The notes: generated from the letters alone by a model not told the origin. A stretch of 64,000 bases of DNA from Gemmatimonadota bacterium (GCA_034521595.1 JAXHMG010000003.1:1248001-1312000), one strand, 5' to 3'; positions 1 through 10,222 are shown, counted from the stretch's first letter. Translations and numbers: made by a program.

Positions 1-677
1 TTGGCGGAGGCGCCCCCGTACAGAGGCTGAAGGACCGGAGTCTCGACCTCGAGAAAGCCTTCGCTGTCGAGGAACCTCCGCAGCGCCGTGACGGTGCGGG
101 CACGTATCCGGAAACGCTCCCGGACATCGGGGTGCACGGCCAGGTCGGCGTACCGCTGACGATAGCGCGCTTCCTGGTCCGCGAAGCTCGAGTGCGTGAC
201 GCGCTCACCGGTCTCCGGATCGGTCTCGACCTTTCCGAACGGAAGGGGGCGGAGGGACTTGGTCAGGAGCGTCCACCGATCGGCCCTGACCGTGACTTCA
301 CCAGTCCGGGTACGGAACGTCGGTCCCTCGACGCCCAACCAATCGCCCAGGTCGAGAAGGTCGAGGTGCGCGAACGCCTCCTCGCCCAACACGTCCTTCC
401 GCAGATAGACCTGCACCCGGCCTGCACCGTCTTCCAGATGGGCGAACGCGCTCTTGCCATGCCCCCGCCAGCTCACGATGCGGCCGCCGACGCGCGCTCG
501 AGCTCCGTCTCCGTTCTCGTCGAGAGCTCCGTCCGCTTCGGCCGTCTCGAACTCCCGGATCGCTTCGCTCGACGTGTGTGTCGGATCGAAGGCATAAGCA
601 AACGGATCGATCCCCGCTTCCCGTAGCGTCTGCAGCTTCTCACGCCGAACGCGGAGCACCTGGTTCAGATCTTCCAT
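1..677 (-). CDS. lysS: Lysine--tRNA ligase, N-terminal part (runs off the window edge)
   Basis: Manual translation (not in the ORF track): MEDLNQVLRVRREKLQTLREAGIDPF... continuing to GFLEVETPVLQPLYGGASA, the class II LysRS motif 1 region. Follows prfB, a conserved synteny. Confidence 0.95.
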   Translation of the reverse strand, partial: MEDLNQVLRVRREKLQTLREAGIDPFAYAFDPTHTSSEAIREFETAEADGALDENGDGARARVGGRIVSWRGHGKSAFAHLEDGAGRVQVYLRKDVLGEEAFAHLDLLDLGDWLGVEGPTFRTRTGEVTVRADRWTLLTKSLRPLPFGKVETDPETGERVTHSSFADQEARYRQRYADLAVHPDVRERFRIRARTVTALRRFLDSEGFLEVETPVLQPLYGGASA

Positions 678-754
678 GCAGTTTGTCGTTCTCGGCCGAT
701 GTTCAGGGGCATTCGGTTCGGGACGGAGCGCGGGCGTGCGGAACGCGTCCACGC

Positions 755-1865
755 TCAAGCGGCGGAGGCCGAACCGATCTTCTTGAGGTACGCTTCGATG
801 AACGGGTCGAGCTCTCCGTCCATGACGGAGTCGACGTCGCTGTCCTTCAGCTCGGTCCGGTGATCGTTCACCATGGTGTACGGTTGGAACACGTACGAGC
901 GGATCTGATTGCCCCAACCGATCTCGGTCTTCGTGGCTTCACGCTCGGCCCTCGTGCGCTCCTTCTCGTCGAGGGCCCGCTGATATAGCGCGGCACGGAG
1001 CATCTTCATCGCGGTCGCGCGGTTCTTGTGTTGCGAGCGCTCCTGCTGACACGAGACCACGATCCCCGTGGGCCCGTGCGTCAGGCGGACGGCCGAGTCG
1101 GTCTTGTTGATGTGCTGTCCGCCGGCGCCGGATGCCCGGTACGTGTCCACGCGGAGGTCACTATCGTCGATCTCGATCTCGATTTCGTCTTCCACCAACG
1201 GATAGACGAAAACACTCGCGAAGGAGGTGTGCCGGCGAGACTGGGCGTCGAACGGTGAGATACGGACCAAGCGGTGGACTCCGCCCTCGGCCTTCAGATA
1301 GCCGTAGGCGCTCTCGCCGTGGATCTCGAGCGTGGCGCTCCGTATGCCGGCCTCCTCGGCGTGTTGCAGGTCGAGCACCTCGACTTCGTAGTCGTGACGC
1401 TCGGCCCAACGCGTGTACATCCGCATCAGCATCTCCGCCCAATCCTGGGACTCCAGCCCGCCGGCGCCCGGGTGGATCGTCACGATCGCATCCCGGTGAT
1501 CCTCCTCTCCCTGGAGCATCGTCCGCACTTCCAACGTCTCGATGGCCCGCTCGACCGAGTCCAACCCTCTTTCGAGCTCACTCTGCAGCTCGTCGTCGGC
1601 GTCGTCCGACAACAGCTCCGCGATGGCGTCGAGCTCCTTCACCTTGGCGGACAAGTCATTCCAGGGATCGATCCATGCCTTGATGCGGTTCGACTCGTCG
1701 ATGGTTTCCCGGGCGGCTTCCGGATCGTCCCAGAATCCCGGCTGCGCCATCCGCTCTTCCAGAGTGGTCAGGCGTCCTTCGCGTGAGTCCAGGTCAAAGA
1801 TACCCCCTGAGGTCGTGGACCTTCTGGCGGACCACCGCCAAGCGCTGCTCTTGGTCTTTGTCCAT
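755..1865 (-). CDS. prfB: Peptide chain release factor 2, translated through a +1 programmed frameshift after codon 23
   Basis: SPF and GGQ motifs in ORF 755..1750. Upstream 23-codon ORF MDKDQEQRLAVVRQKVHDLRGYL ends at CTT TGA C and continues in +1 frame as DLDSREGRLTTLEERMAQPGFW. Confidence 0.97.
1793..1808 (-). promoter_or_regulatory. RF2 frameshift cassette: internal SD plus slippery stop
   Basis: Minus strand reads AGGGGG TAT CTT TGA C, the canonical prfB site. Confidence 0.95.
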
Positions 1866-2003
1866 GGTCGGGACGATCTCGAGGCTCGGAGTGCGGAAGG
1901 GACGAACGCATGAAGGGCCGCCCGGATCGGACGGCCCTCCTGCTAGGTCCCGGGCGCGGGAATATACCCGTGCTCGGTGGCTCTTTCAACGGCGATCGGC
2001 GCC

Positions 2004-2981
2004 TCAGAACAACTGTTGCCCCTTCGCGAGGATCTCGTTGAGCGCCTGCGTCCAGAAGCGGTGCCCTTCGCCCTCCGCGATCTCGGCCCCGACCTGATCC
2101 ACGAACTCCTTCCAGGATTTCTCGATCTCTTCCTCGAAGTCCTCGGCCAATGTACCCCGAGCCAAAGCCTCCTGGTGGCGCTGGGCGTTGTACATGACCA
2201 TGTCCGAAACCAGAACGCGCGCCAGACGCCGGGCTTTGTCCATCGGATCCCGCTTGCCGAACGTGAAGCCCTGGACCGGTTTGCCGTCGGGTTCGGAGGA
2301 CGGCGGAGCATGGCCTTCGGGAGCGGGCTCGGCAGCGTCGTCCGGCGGCGGGGTGGTGGCCGCCTCGTCCTCCGGGCGCACCGTGCCCGAGAGATCTCCG
2401 AACGCATCCAGTGGCGCATCCGGCTGATCGGAGTCGGCGTCGGTCTCCGGACCGGGGGTCCCAGTATCGGGGACATCCCCCTCCAGTCCCGGCAGATCCC
2501 CACCGGTGGCCCAGTCCGGCATGGCGTCTTCGGCAGGCGTGGGGTCCTCTTCCCGTGGGGCCGGCGCCTCCGCATCGAGCGTGGACTCCGGCCACGGATC
2601 CCCGTATGGACGTGCTTCGTCAGCCGAAGTCGTCTCGTGATCCGGAGCCGGCTGGTCCACCGAGGGCGCTTCACCCATCCCGGCATCGGGGACTCCCGCG
2701 AATGGATCCCGCTCGACCGCCCATTCGTCGGTGGCCGGCGCGGGCTCCGGATCGGGCTCCGGGTCGGAGACGGGCGTCCCGAAGGCTTCCGGGTCGGGCT
2801 GGTCCGGGGCGTGGAACGGCTGCTCGGGCGTGGACTCCGAGCCGGCGGCCGCGTCGGGCTTCTCCACCCGGAATACGTGCCCACACTCGCTGCATCGGGC
2901 CTTCACGCCGGCCTCCGGAATCTTGTCGGGATCGACGGGGAACGACGTGGCGCAGGCCGGACAGGATACGGTGATGACCAT
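2004..2981 (-). CDS. Zinc-ribbon (MJ0042-like finger) protein with a long acidic Pro-rich linker and a C-terminal helical domain
   Basis: N-terminal CPAC...CSEC; D/E/P/A-rich middle; C-terminal ARRLARVLVSDMVMYN block. Confidence 0.8.
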   Translation of the reverse strand: MVITVSCPACATSFPVDPDKIPEAGVKARCSECGHVFRVEKPDAAAGSESTPEQPFHAPDQPDPEAFGTPVSDPEPDPEPAPATDEWAVERDPFAGVPDAGMGEAPSVDQPAPDHETTSADEARPYGDPWPESTLDAEAPAPREEDPTPAEDAMPDWATGGDLPGLEGDVPDTGTPGPETDADSDQPDAPLDAFGDLSGTVRPEDEAATTPPPDDAAEPAPEGHAPPSSEPDGKPVQGFTFGKRDPMDKARRLARVLVSDMVMYNAQRHQEALARGTLAEDFEEEIEKSWKEFVDQVGAEIAEGEGHRFWTQALNEILAKGQQLF

Positions 2982-3003
2982 GATGGTATGTATTGCTGGG
3001 TGG

Positions 3004-4026
3004 CTAAGGAGTCGGTCGGTTCATGCCGTCGCGTAGATCGGGCCCGCTCAAAGCGTCCGGATCCTCGGCCGAAGCCGTCCGTAAGGTCGGCGTCTGGTGG
3101 CGACGGTCGACCACGTACTTCGAACCAGGCAGGGATTTGGCGTACGTCTTCATTTCGGCCGCCAGCTCACTGATCTGTCCCGTATGCTCGAACCGCTGAA
3201 ATTGGTTGGTGACGACGCCGATCGAAAGCGCCATGAGCGGAATGCGGTGGATGTTCCCCCGGCGGTCCTTGCCGAGGAAGTAGCCGGCGCGGCGATCATC
3301 CTCCGTGTACTGGTAAGGGATGAGCTCGTCGAACACCCGGATCACCTCGTCACACGTCCCTTCCAGGTGCTCCAACCGGAGGTTGAAGATGAAGTCGTCG
3401 CCGCCGATGTGTCCGACGAAGCCTCCCGGCGCGAGCCCCCGCACCACGTCCCGGAGCATCTTGGAGAGGAGTCGAATCACCCGGTCTCCGTTCGCATACC
3501 CGTAGCGGTCGTTGAACTCCTTGAAATGGTCGAGGTCCGCGTAGCAGACCGCGAACTCCTCGCCCACTTCCAGACGGCCCTGCATATCCCGCGCGATATG
3601 GTTCGTACCGGGCAGGCGCGTCGTGGGATGAACGGACACGTCCCGGTCGGCACGACGGATGACCTGCTCCAAGCGAAGCCGTTTCTCGCGCTCCGAAAGA
3701 CCGTGGCGCACGACTTCATCCACCCCCGCCTCGAGAAGCTCCGAGGAGCGATCGTCCGAGCTCTCGTCCAGGAGGACGATCACCGGGACGATACCGGTGA
3801 ACGGATCGTCCTTGATGCTCCGCGCGATATCAATGATCTCGAAGTCGCCGGCACCGTCTTCGAACACGACACACGCCGGGTAGGTCCGGTTCAGCACGGC
3901 ACGGAGCTGCGCTTGGTCTCCCACGGGCATGATATCGAGTCCGTGATCCCGCGCGAAGCTGCGCACGAGCTCGGAGGGACCCGTGCGGCGGGGTCCGTAG
4001 TGCAGGATCGTATTGTCGGACGCCAT
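3004..4026 (-). CDS. Diguanylate cyclase with an N-terminal receiver-like domain
   Basis: DLDHFKEFNDRYGY and GHIGGDDF motifs; REC-like IVPVIVL...LLEAGVDE. Confidence 0.88.
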   Translation of the reverse strand: MASDNTILHYGPRRTGPSELVRSFARDHGLDIMPVGDQAQLRAVLNRTYPACVVFEDGAGDFEIIDIARSIKDDPFTGIVPVIVLLDESSDDRSSELLEAGVDEVVRHGLSEREKRLRLEQVIRRADRDVSVHPTTRLPGTNHIARDMQGRLEVGEEFAVCYADLDHFKEFNDRYGYANGDRVIRLLSKMLRDVVRGLAPGGFVGHIGGDDFIFNLRLEHLEGTCDEVIRVFDELIPYQYTEDDRRAGYFLGKDRRGNIHRIPLMALSIGVVTNQFQRFEHTGQISELAAEMKTYAKSLPGSKYVVDRRHQTPTLRTASAEDPDALSGPDLRDGMNRPTP

Positions 4027-4083
4027 GAATCCTCACGGAAGCGATCAACGGAGGACGAGGTTACCTTGCCGCGGAGGGCGGTG

Positions 4084-6207
4084 TCAATCGCTCCGAGGCA
4101 GGCTCCGGATCGGGATGAAGTCGATCTGGCGCGCTTCCTTGTCGACGCGCGAGACCTGGACTTCCAGCCTGTCGCCAAGCCGATAGCGACGCCCCTTCCG
4201 CTCACCCACCAGGGCGTAGGCTCCCTCGTCGAAGCGATAGTAATCATCGGACAGCGCGCTCACGTGCACCAGCCCGTCGACGAAGTATGCTTCGAGCGTG
4301 ACGAAGAACCCGAACGAGGTGACCCCCGAGATGCGGCCCGGGAGCCTGTCGCCCAGATGGCGCTCCATGAACTCCACCTTCTTCATCGCTACCGAGGCTC
4401 GCTCCGCCTCCTCCGCGGCACGCTCACGCTCGCTGGCCCGTTCGGCGGTCGACTCGAGAGCATCCGGATCCATGGCGGCGGATGCTCCCCCGAGGAACTG
4501 ATCGGCTACCGCTCGGTGAACCACCAGATCGGGATAGCGCCGGATCGGCGACGTGAAGTGCAGGTACGCGGTCGAGGCGAGTCCGAAGTGACCCAGGTTC
4601 TCGGGGTCGTACCTGGCCTTCATCAGCGAACGGAGCACCGCGGTCGACACGAGCATCTCCTCGGGACGCCCACGCGCCGCCTCCAGCAGCTTCTGGGCAT
4701 CCCGCGGCTCGATCGTCCTGCGCTTGGGCACGGATAGACCGAATCGACCGACGAGCTCCCCGAGATCCTCGACCTTCTCGCTGCTCGGCGGCTCGTGAAC
4801 CCGAAAGAGCGCCGGCGCCGCCTTTGCTTCCATGTCGTTGGCCACGACTTCGTTGGCGAGGATCATGAAGTCCTCGACGAGCCGGTGGCTGGCCGTGCGC
4901 TCCCGCATCTTGATATCGGTGGGAACCCCTTCGTCGTCGAGGATGACCTTCGCCTCGGGAAGGTCCAGATCCAGGGCCCCCCGCTTCGTGCGACGGGTTC
5001 GCACCGCGCCCGCGAGCTCGTCGAGCAGGCGGAGGGACGCGTCCACCTCCGGATCGACGGAGCCGTCGGCTCCGAGAACCTCCTGCGCGTCCTCGTACGA
5101 GAGCGCGTGCCGGCACCGGATGATGGTGCGCTCGTACCGGTGCCGCTGCACCTGCCCGTCGGAGGACAGGGTCATGTAGAGCGAGACGGCGAAGCGGTCC
5201 TCACCGGGGTTCAGGGAGCACACTTCGTTGGACAACACCGGAGGGAGCATGGGGATCGTCCGGTCGACGAGGTAGACGCTCGTGCCCCGCTCGAACGCCT
5301 CCGCGTCCACCGTGGAGCCCCGCTTCACGAAGTGGGAGACGTCAGCGATGTGCACGCCTACCTCGGCCAGCCCGTCCTCCGTCCGTGTGACGGATAGCGC
5401 ATCGTCATGATCCTTGGCGTCCGCCGGATCGATCGTGAAGGTGAGCAGGCCGGTGCGGTCGATCCGCTGGGGTCCAGGGTCCTTCAACCCGTCGCGAGAC
5501 GCCGCAGCCGCCGCGTCCAGTACCGGCTGCTCGAACTCCAGCGAGACGCCGAACCCGTACGCCACCGCGAGCACGTCCACCCCCGGGTCCGACAAGGGTC
5601 CCAGGACTCGGTCCACCGCACCGGTCGGTCCCACACGTCCCTCGCCGTACGTCAAAATCCGCGCCACGACGACGTCCCCCTCGGCGGCACCGCCGTCTTC
5701 CTCGGGGGCGACCAGGATGTCCCGGTTCAGCCGGACGTCGAGTGGGGTCACGTAAGTGACCTTCTTGCCCCGATGCAGCGTTCCGACGACGGAATCACGC
5801 GCCCGTTCGAGGACGCGAATGACCCGACCTTCCCGGTTCCGACCCTTCGGATGTCGCTCGACGCGTGCGGCGACGCGGTCTCCGTCCATGGCGGTGTCGA
5901 GCCATGCCGCCGGCACGAACACGTCCTCCCCTCCCTCCGCGGGCCGCACGAATCCGTCGCCTCGCCGCGTCAGGGACAGCGTGCCGGGCACCACGTCCAT
6001 GCTCGACGGCACCGCATAGCGATTCCCACGGGTGCGGATGACCTTTCCCGCTCGCTCGAGGGAAGACAGCAGCCGCTTGAAATCCCGATATTGATGGGTG
6101 GGAACCCCCAACCGCTTGGCCAATTCCTTGGGCTTCGCGGGCCGGCCGATCTGGCCCAGCGCATGGAGCACGTCGCCCCTCAGCTCCTTCACGTCCTTTT
6201 TCGTCAT
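4084..6207 (-). CDS. rnr: Ribonuclease R
   Basis: N-terminal HTH and cold-shock domains, TIDPADAKDHDDALS, HFTSPIRRYPDL, C-terminal S1. ATG overlaps the upstream stop (ATGA at 6204-6207). Confidence 0.95.
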   Translation of the reverse strand: MTKKDVKELRGDVLHALGQIGRPAKPKELAKRLGVPTHQYRDFKRLLSSLERAGKVIRTRGNRYAVPSSMDVVPGTLSLTRRGDGFVRPAEGGEDVFVPAAWLDTAMDGDRVAARVERHPKGRNREGRVIRVLERARDSVVGTLHRGKKVTYVTPLDVRLNRDILVAPEEDGGAAEGDVVVARILTYGEGRVGPTGAVDRVLGPLSDPGVDVLAVAYGFGVSLEFEQPVLDAAAAASRDGLKDPGPQRIDRTGLLTFTIDPADAKDHDDALSVTRTEDGLAEVGVHIADVSHFVKRGSTVDAEAFERGTSVYLVDRTIPMLPPVLSNEVCSLNPGEDRFAVSLYMTLSSDGQVQRHRYERTIIRCRHALSYEDAQEVLGADGSVDPEVDASLRLLDELAGAVRTRRTKRGALDLDLPEAKVILDDEGVPTDIKMRERTASHRLVEDFMILANEVVANDMEAKAAPALFRVHEPPSSEKVEDLGELVGRFGLSVPKRRTIEPRDAQKLLEAARGRPEEMLVSTAVLRSLMKARYDPENLGHFGLASTAYLHFTSPIRRYPDLVVHRAVADQFLGGASAAMDPDALESTAERASERERAAEEAERASVAMKKVEFMERHLGDRLPGRISGVTSFGFFVTLEAYFVDGLVHVSALSDDYYRFDEGAYALVGERKGRRYRLGDRLEVQVSRVDKEARQIDFIPIRSLPRSD

Positions 6208-7067
6208 GGTCTCCACTCCCAACGCATTCGGAGCTCCCAGGAATCACGACGGGTGGCTTCCGGCGCGAGCTCGACCGAGATTCCGCGTGTCGTGATCAGC
6301 GCGTCGACGGCGGAAACGAGGTGGTTCGCCATCAGCGCACCCAAGATCACGGTCGCGTTCCGAAAGCGGTCGTCGCTTTCTTCGATGAAGGCCGCGTAGC
6401 GCTCGCGCAGCTCGCCCTGGCCGGTCCAATCCCATAGAAACGACTCGTCGTATGCCCGATCCGCATAATAGTCGAGTGCCGCCCTGTAGGATGGATCACT
6501 CGGATTCGCTCCGTTTCCGGAGACACCGAACAGTGCACGCGCACGATCCCATATGGCCCCGTTGAAGGTCGAGGGATCGGTCTCCGGCTGAATCCCTGGT
6601 GTGCCGGGATTTCGGTCGAAGCCTCCCGAGGACCTCCATTGGGTCATCCGTTCATAGTACTCGAAGTCACCGTCGACACGGGGACCCTCGGCCACGCGCG
6701 CCGCCTCCCAAGCCAGATCGCGGTATCGGTCACGGAAGCCGGCCCCGGAACGGCGTTGGTTCACGTAGAGCACCCATCCCACCACCTCGCCCGCCAGGTA
6801 CGCCCACCCGCGGCGCCGCGCCATCGCGAGCTGTCCCGTCCCGGGAACGATCAACGACAGGGTGGGTGGCACCCCCGGATGCCGCGTCGACCACGACTCC
6901 GGGCCCCCCGTCAGCATCGTCCGAGGATCAGGGAATCTCGTCCGGGACGCAGGAAACAGCGCGGCCGAGGTCACGTCGACCGCTCCGTCCTGGGCCAGGA
7001 CTCGGGCGGGGCTCCCGACCCACAGGCCAATTCCGACGAGCCCCGCGCTCAGGAGCACGTTGGACAT
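6204..7067 (-). CDS. Hypothetical secreted or membrane protein
   Basis: Signal-like N-terminus MSNVLLSAGL...VLAQ; SLIVPGTGQ motif; hydrophobic segments; start reassigned from the longer ORF 6204..7787. Confidence 0.7.
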   Translation of the reverse strand: MSNVLLSAGLVGIGLWVGSPARVLAQDGAVDVTSAALFPASRTRFPDPRTMLTGGPESWSTRHPGVPPTLSLIVPGTGQLAMARRRGWAYLAGEVVGWVLYVNQRRSGAGFRDRYRDLAWEAARVAEGPRVDGDFEYYERMTQWRSSGGFDRNPGTPGIQPETDPSTFNGAIWDRARALFGVSGNGANPSDPSYRAALDYYADRAYDESFLWDWTGQGELRERYAAFIEESDDRFRNATVILGALMANHLVSAVDALITTRGISVELAPEATRRDSWELRMRWEWRP

Positions 7068-7087
7068 GGACGCCCGGAGGAGCGAAA

Positions 7088-8098
7088 TCAAAGCGCGATG
7101 GAGAACGTCACGTGGACCGGCTCGGTTTCGCCCGTCAAATTCGATACGGCGAGCGACTTGGCGATCGAAAGGTCGAAGCGCTCGAATCTGAGGCCCAACC
7201 CCACCCGTGTGCCCTCCTCCTGCCCGAGCTCGGACACGACGTGTCCAGCCCTCAAGGAGATGGCATCCGCCTGGCCCGCCTTGACCTCGGATCCGAAGTA
7301 TACGGACAACGAGCCGGGGTCCCGCAGCCGGTCCTGGAGCTCCACTCCGATCCATCCGGACAGGGCCTCGTGATCGGTCACCGCCCCCACGATGTCGTAT
7401 GCCGCGGCGATGCGCGCCCGTGCCGGAAGAGGATCGGCCTGCTCGGCGTTCTCGACCTGGAGCCGGGGCCCGACATGCGCGACCATGGCTCCGAGCCGCA
7501 GACGCTCGGCCACGCGAGTCTGGATCCCCGCGTCCACGGCCCACGTCGTGGCCGCCGTGCCCGCGTCGGGACAAATCCCACGGCACGACAGGCGAAACTG
7601 TACGAGCTTGAAGCTCAGCCCCGCATTGAGCTTCTCGACGAGCCGCGTCGCCCCCGAAAGCACCGCCAGATGGTTTCGGATGGTGATGGTCCCGGTGAAA
7701 TTCCCGTTTTCGTCCCGCTGATCGATCTCGCCCGCATCGAGCAGAGAGTACGACGCACCGAGCGTGCCCGACTCCGGATTCGCCCACACTCCAGAGAACG
7801 CCGTGGCCGTGCCGGCCACGTGGTCGCCGCGGAAGAGCACGACTTGGCTTTCATCGACGCCCGCCAGGCCGGCAGGGTTCCAGAATCCCGCCTCAGCGCT
7901 CTCGAGTGCCGTCACGACCCGTCCCAGCGAGACGGCCCTGGCCCCCACCGGCAGCAGGAGGAAGAGCGCGCCCTCCGATCCCGTGCTTTCCGATCGATCC
8001 GCCCCTTGGGCCGCCAGAGGCCCCCCGGTCACCGAGGCGACCGCAAGCAGCATCAGCATGGCCCGCGTGCCGCCGCGGGCCCTCTGCTCGAACCTCAT
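7088..8098 (-). CDS. PorV/PorQ-like (FadL-fold) outer-membrane beta-barrel protein
   Basis: Signal peptide; FLLLPVGARAVSLG and FWNPAGLA motifs; alternating beta strands. Confidence 0.75.
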   Translation of the reverse strand: MRFEQRARGGTRAMLMLLAVASVTGGPLAAQGADRSESTGSEGALFLLLPVGARAVSLGRVVTALESAEAGFWNPAGLAGVDESQVVLFRGDHVAGTATAFSGVWANPESGTLGASYSLLDAGEIDQRDENGNFTGTITIRNHLAVLSGATRLVEKLNAGLSFKLVQFRLSCRGICPDAGTAATTWAVDAGIQTRVAERLRLGAMVAHVGPRLQVENAEQADPLPARARIAAAYDIVGAVTDHEALSGWIGVELQDRLRDPGSLSVYFGSEVKAGQADAISLRAGHVVSELGQEEGTRVGLGLRFERFDLSIAKSLAVSNLTGETEPVHVTFSIAL

Positions 8099-9015
8099 GA
8101 ATCGTCCTCCTCAGGGACCTGAAAGCCGAGCGTTCCCAGGGTATAGCGGTCTTTACGCCACGCCTTGAGCGGCTTCACCCACAGGTCGAGATACACACTC
8201 CTGCCGAGAAAGTGCTCGATCTTCTCTCTCGACCTCGCGCCCAGCTCACGGATCGCGGCGCCGCCCTTCCCGATCACGATTCCCTTCTGGGACCGCCGCT
8301 CCACGTGCAAATTCATCTGGATGTACACGGGGTCCTGCGCTTCACGGAATTCCCCGACCCGGCAGACGACAGAATAGGGAATCTCCTCGTGGTAGAGTTC
8401 GAACACCGTCTCGCGTACTAGCTCTTGTACAAAAAACCGAACCGGTTGGGAGGCGATGTCGTCTTCCGGGTAGAGATACGGGCTCTGCGGAAGATCCGAC
8501 TCGATTCGCCCCAGGAGGGCGTCCACGCCACGCCCCTCGAGCGCGGACACCTCGTGCACGGTAGCATCGGGGCGCAGCCCGTGCGCCCACGCTTTCCATG
8601 CTTGCAGCGGCCCGGGTGAAGCTTCATCCGCCTTGTTCAGCGCCACGTGCAGCGGTGCCGCGCTGTCGGAAAGAGCGGCACGGAGACGCGCGTCGTCCGA
8701 AGAGGACGGCTCGTACCGCCCATCGATGACGAGCAGGACGACATCCGCCTCCGCCAGAGCCGAGAGCGCCGCGCCGTGCATGGATCGCTGAAGCAGATCG
8801 CGCACCTCCAACAGCCCTGGTGTATCCAGAAACACCATCTGGGCCGAGTCCGTCGTCACGATTCCCGTGACGCGTTCCCACGTGGTCTGCGCCTTGGGCG
8901 TGACGATCGAGAGGTGCTCGCCGATGAAGCTGTTCATCAACGTCGATTTGCCCGCGTTCGGACGTCCCACGAGCGTGACGTATCCGGCACGGGTGGACGG
9001 CGCGTGATCGGTCAC
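8095..9015 (-). CDS. era: GTPase Era
   Basis: GRPNAGKST, DTPG, NKAD and KH-domain VIGKGG; probable GTG start at 9015. Confidence 0.95.
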   Translation of the reverse strand: MTDHAPSTRAGYVTLVGRPNAGKSTLMNSFIGEHLSIVTPKAQTTWERVTGIVTTDSAQMVFLDTPGLLEVRDLLQRSMHGAALSALAEADVVLLVIDGRYEPSSSDDARLRAALSDSAAPLHVALNKADEASPGPLQAWKAWAHGLRPDATVHEVSALEGRGVDALLGRIESDLPQSPYLYPEDDIASQPVRFFVQELVRETVFELYHEEIPYSVVCRVGEFREAQDPVYIQMNLHVERRSQKGIVIGKGGAAIRELGARSREKIEHFLGRSVYLDLWVKPLKAWRKDRYTLGTLGFQVPEEDDS

Positions 9016-9153
9016 TCGGTCGGCAATTCCGGGTCGGGTTGGTGACGGGAGGAAGGCACGAGAAGTTACCTTCCCTTTCGTGACGGGGCCACCACCCTTC
9101 CGACGCGGGGGGGGGCGCCGGGCATGCCCTCTCATTCGCCCCAGGAGCCGATC

Positions 9154-9942
9154 ATGCAGCTTCCATACGCTCTGCGCACCCTCGGCCAACGACTCTTCCG
9201 GCATGTCCCGGTCCGGGTGCGATCAGGGGTCAACCGCGGGCGAAGGTGGAGCCTCGTGACCACGGGGCGGGGCTACGGCTCCGGTCGCTTCGGCCGGGCT
9301 CGCGTCGAAGTCCTGGAAGCTCTGCTTCAGCCCGGTGAATGCTTCCTGGATCTCGGCGCTCACAAAGGGTTCATGAGCCTGGCCGCGTCCAGGCTGGTGG
9401 GTCCGGCGGGCACCGTCATCGCGGTAGAGCCGGCTACGACGAACCTGTGGTTTCTCGAACGGCATCTCCGCTGGAACCACGCGAACAACGTCCAGATCGT
9501 CCGGGCTGCGGTTGGAGCGGACTCCCGCACGGTGAAATTCGGTGGGCAGGGTGACTCCCTGGCGTACGAGGTGGGCACGGGTGACGAGGACGTTCCACTA
9601 CGGCCCGTGGACCGCCTCCTTCACGAGTACGGGCTGCCACGTCCCACCGCTATCAAGATGGACATCGAGGGCCGCGAGCTCGACGCGCTCCAAGGCGGTC
9701 GCACGCTCCTCCGGCCCGATGTCTTCCTCCTCATATCCGTTCACACTCGAGAGCTCTACGACCGTTGCCAGAAGCTCCTCGAGGACGCGGGCTTCCGCCT
9801 CTTCCCGTCGCACGAGATCGCCCTCCGGCTCTCGGGCGTCGAACCGGAATGGGGCGGCGACCACGACCTGCTCGCGGTGGGCGCGGAACGGGCCGTCGAC
9901 GCTTCGAAGCTCGGCGAGCTAAACCTGTTCCGGGGCTCGTGA
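9154..9942 (+). CDS. FkbM-family SAM-dependent methyltransferase
   Basis: FLDLGAHKG, VIAVEP, IKMDIEGRE motifs; AGGAG upstream of ATG 9154. Confidence 0.88.
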   Translation: MQLPYALRTLGQRLFRHVPVRVRSGVNRGRRWSLVTTGRGYGSGRFGRARVEVLEALLQPGECFLDLGAHKGFMSLAASRLVGPAGTVIAVEPATTNLWFLERHLRWNHANNVQIVRAAVGADSRTVKFGGQGDSLAYEVGTGDEDVPLRPVDRLLHEYGLPRPTAIKMDIEGRELDALQGGRTLLRPDVFLLISVHTRELYDRCQKLLEDAGFRLFPSHEIALRLSGVEPEWGGDHDLLAVGAERAVDASKLGELNLFRGS

Positions 9943-9992
9943 GACACAACACGTCTCTGCCCCATTCCAGCAGCGCCGCAGCCGCACCACAC

Positions 9993-10028
9993 AAAAACGG
10001 CCCGCCTGGCTGAACCAGACGGGCCGTT
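9993..10028 (-). terminator. Second copy of the rrn intrinsic terminator
   Basis: Same hairpin as 10223-10261, with a shorter T run. Confidence 0.75.
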
Positions 10029-10222
10029 CGATAAGAAGCCGGCGATCAACGTACTCTCCCACCGGGCGGCCCTTCAGACGCGGCACCGACATCGGCACGG
10101 TGCGGCGTTGGTCTCCGCGCGCCGGCCTGCGACGTAGCGCTGCTACGTCTCGGCCTCCGTGCTCGACCGCCTTGCACCGCACTCGATCTCGGCACCGCCC
10201 GACCGCCGGAGCCGCACCACAC

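Noticed and set aside
6204-7787. 527-aa ORF overlapping the porV-like gene
   Set aside because: The first ~240 aa are an alternate frame of the porV-like gene; start moved to 7067.
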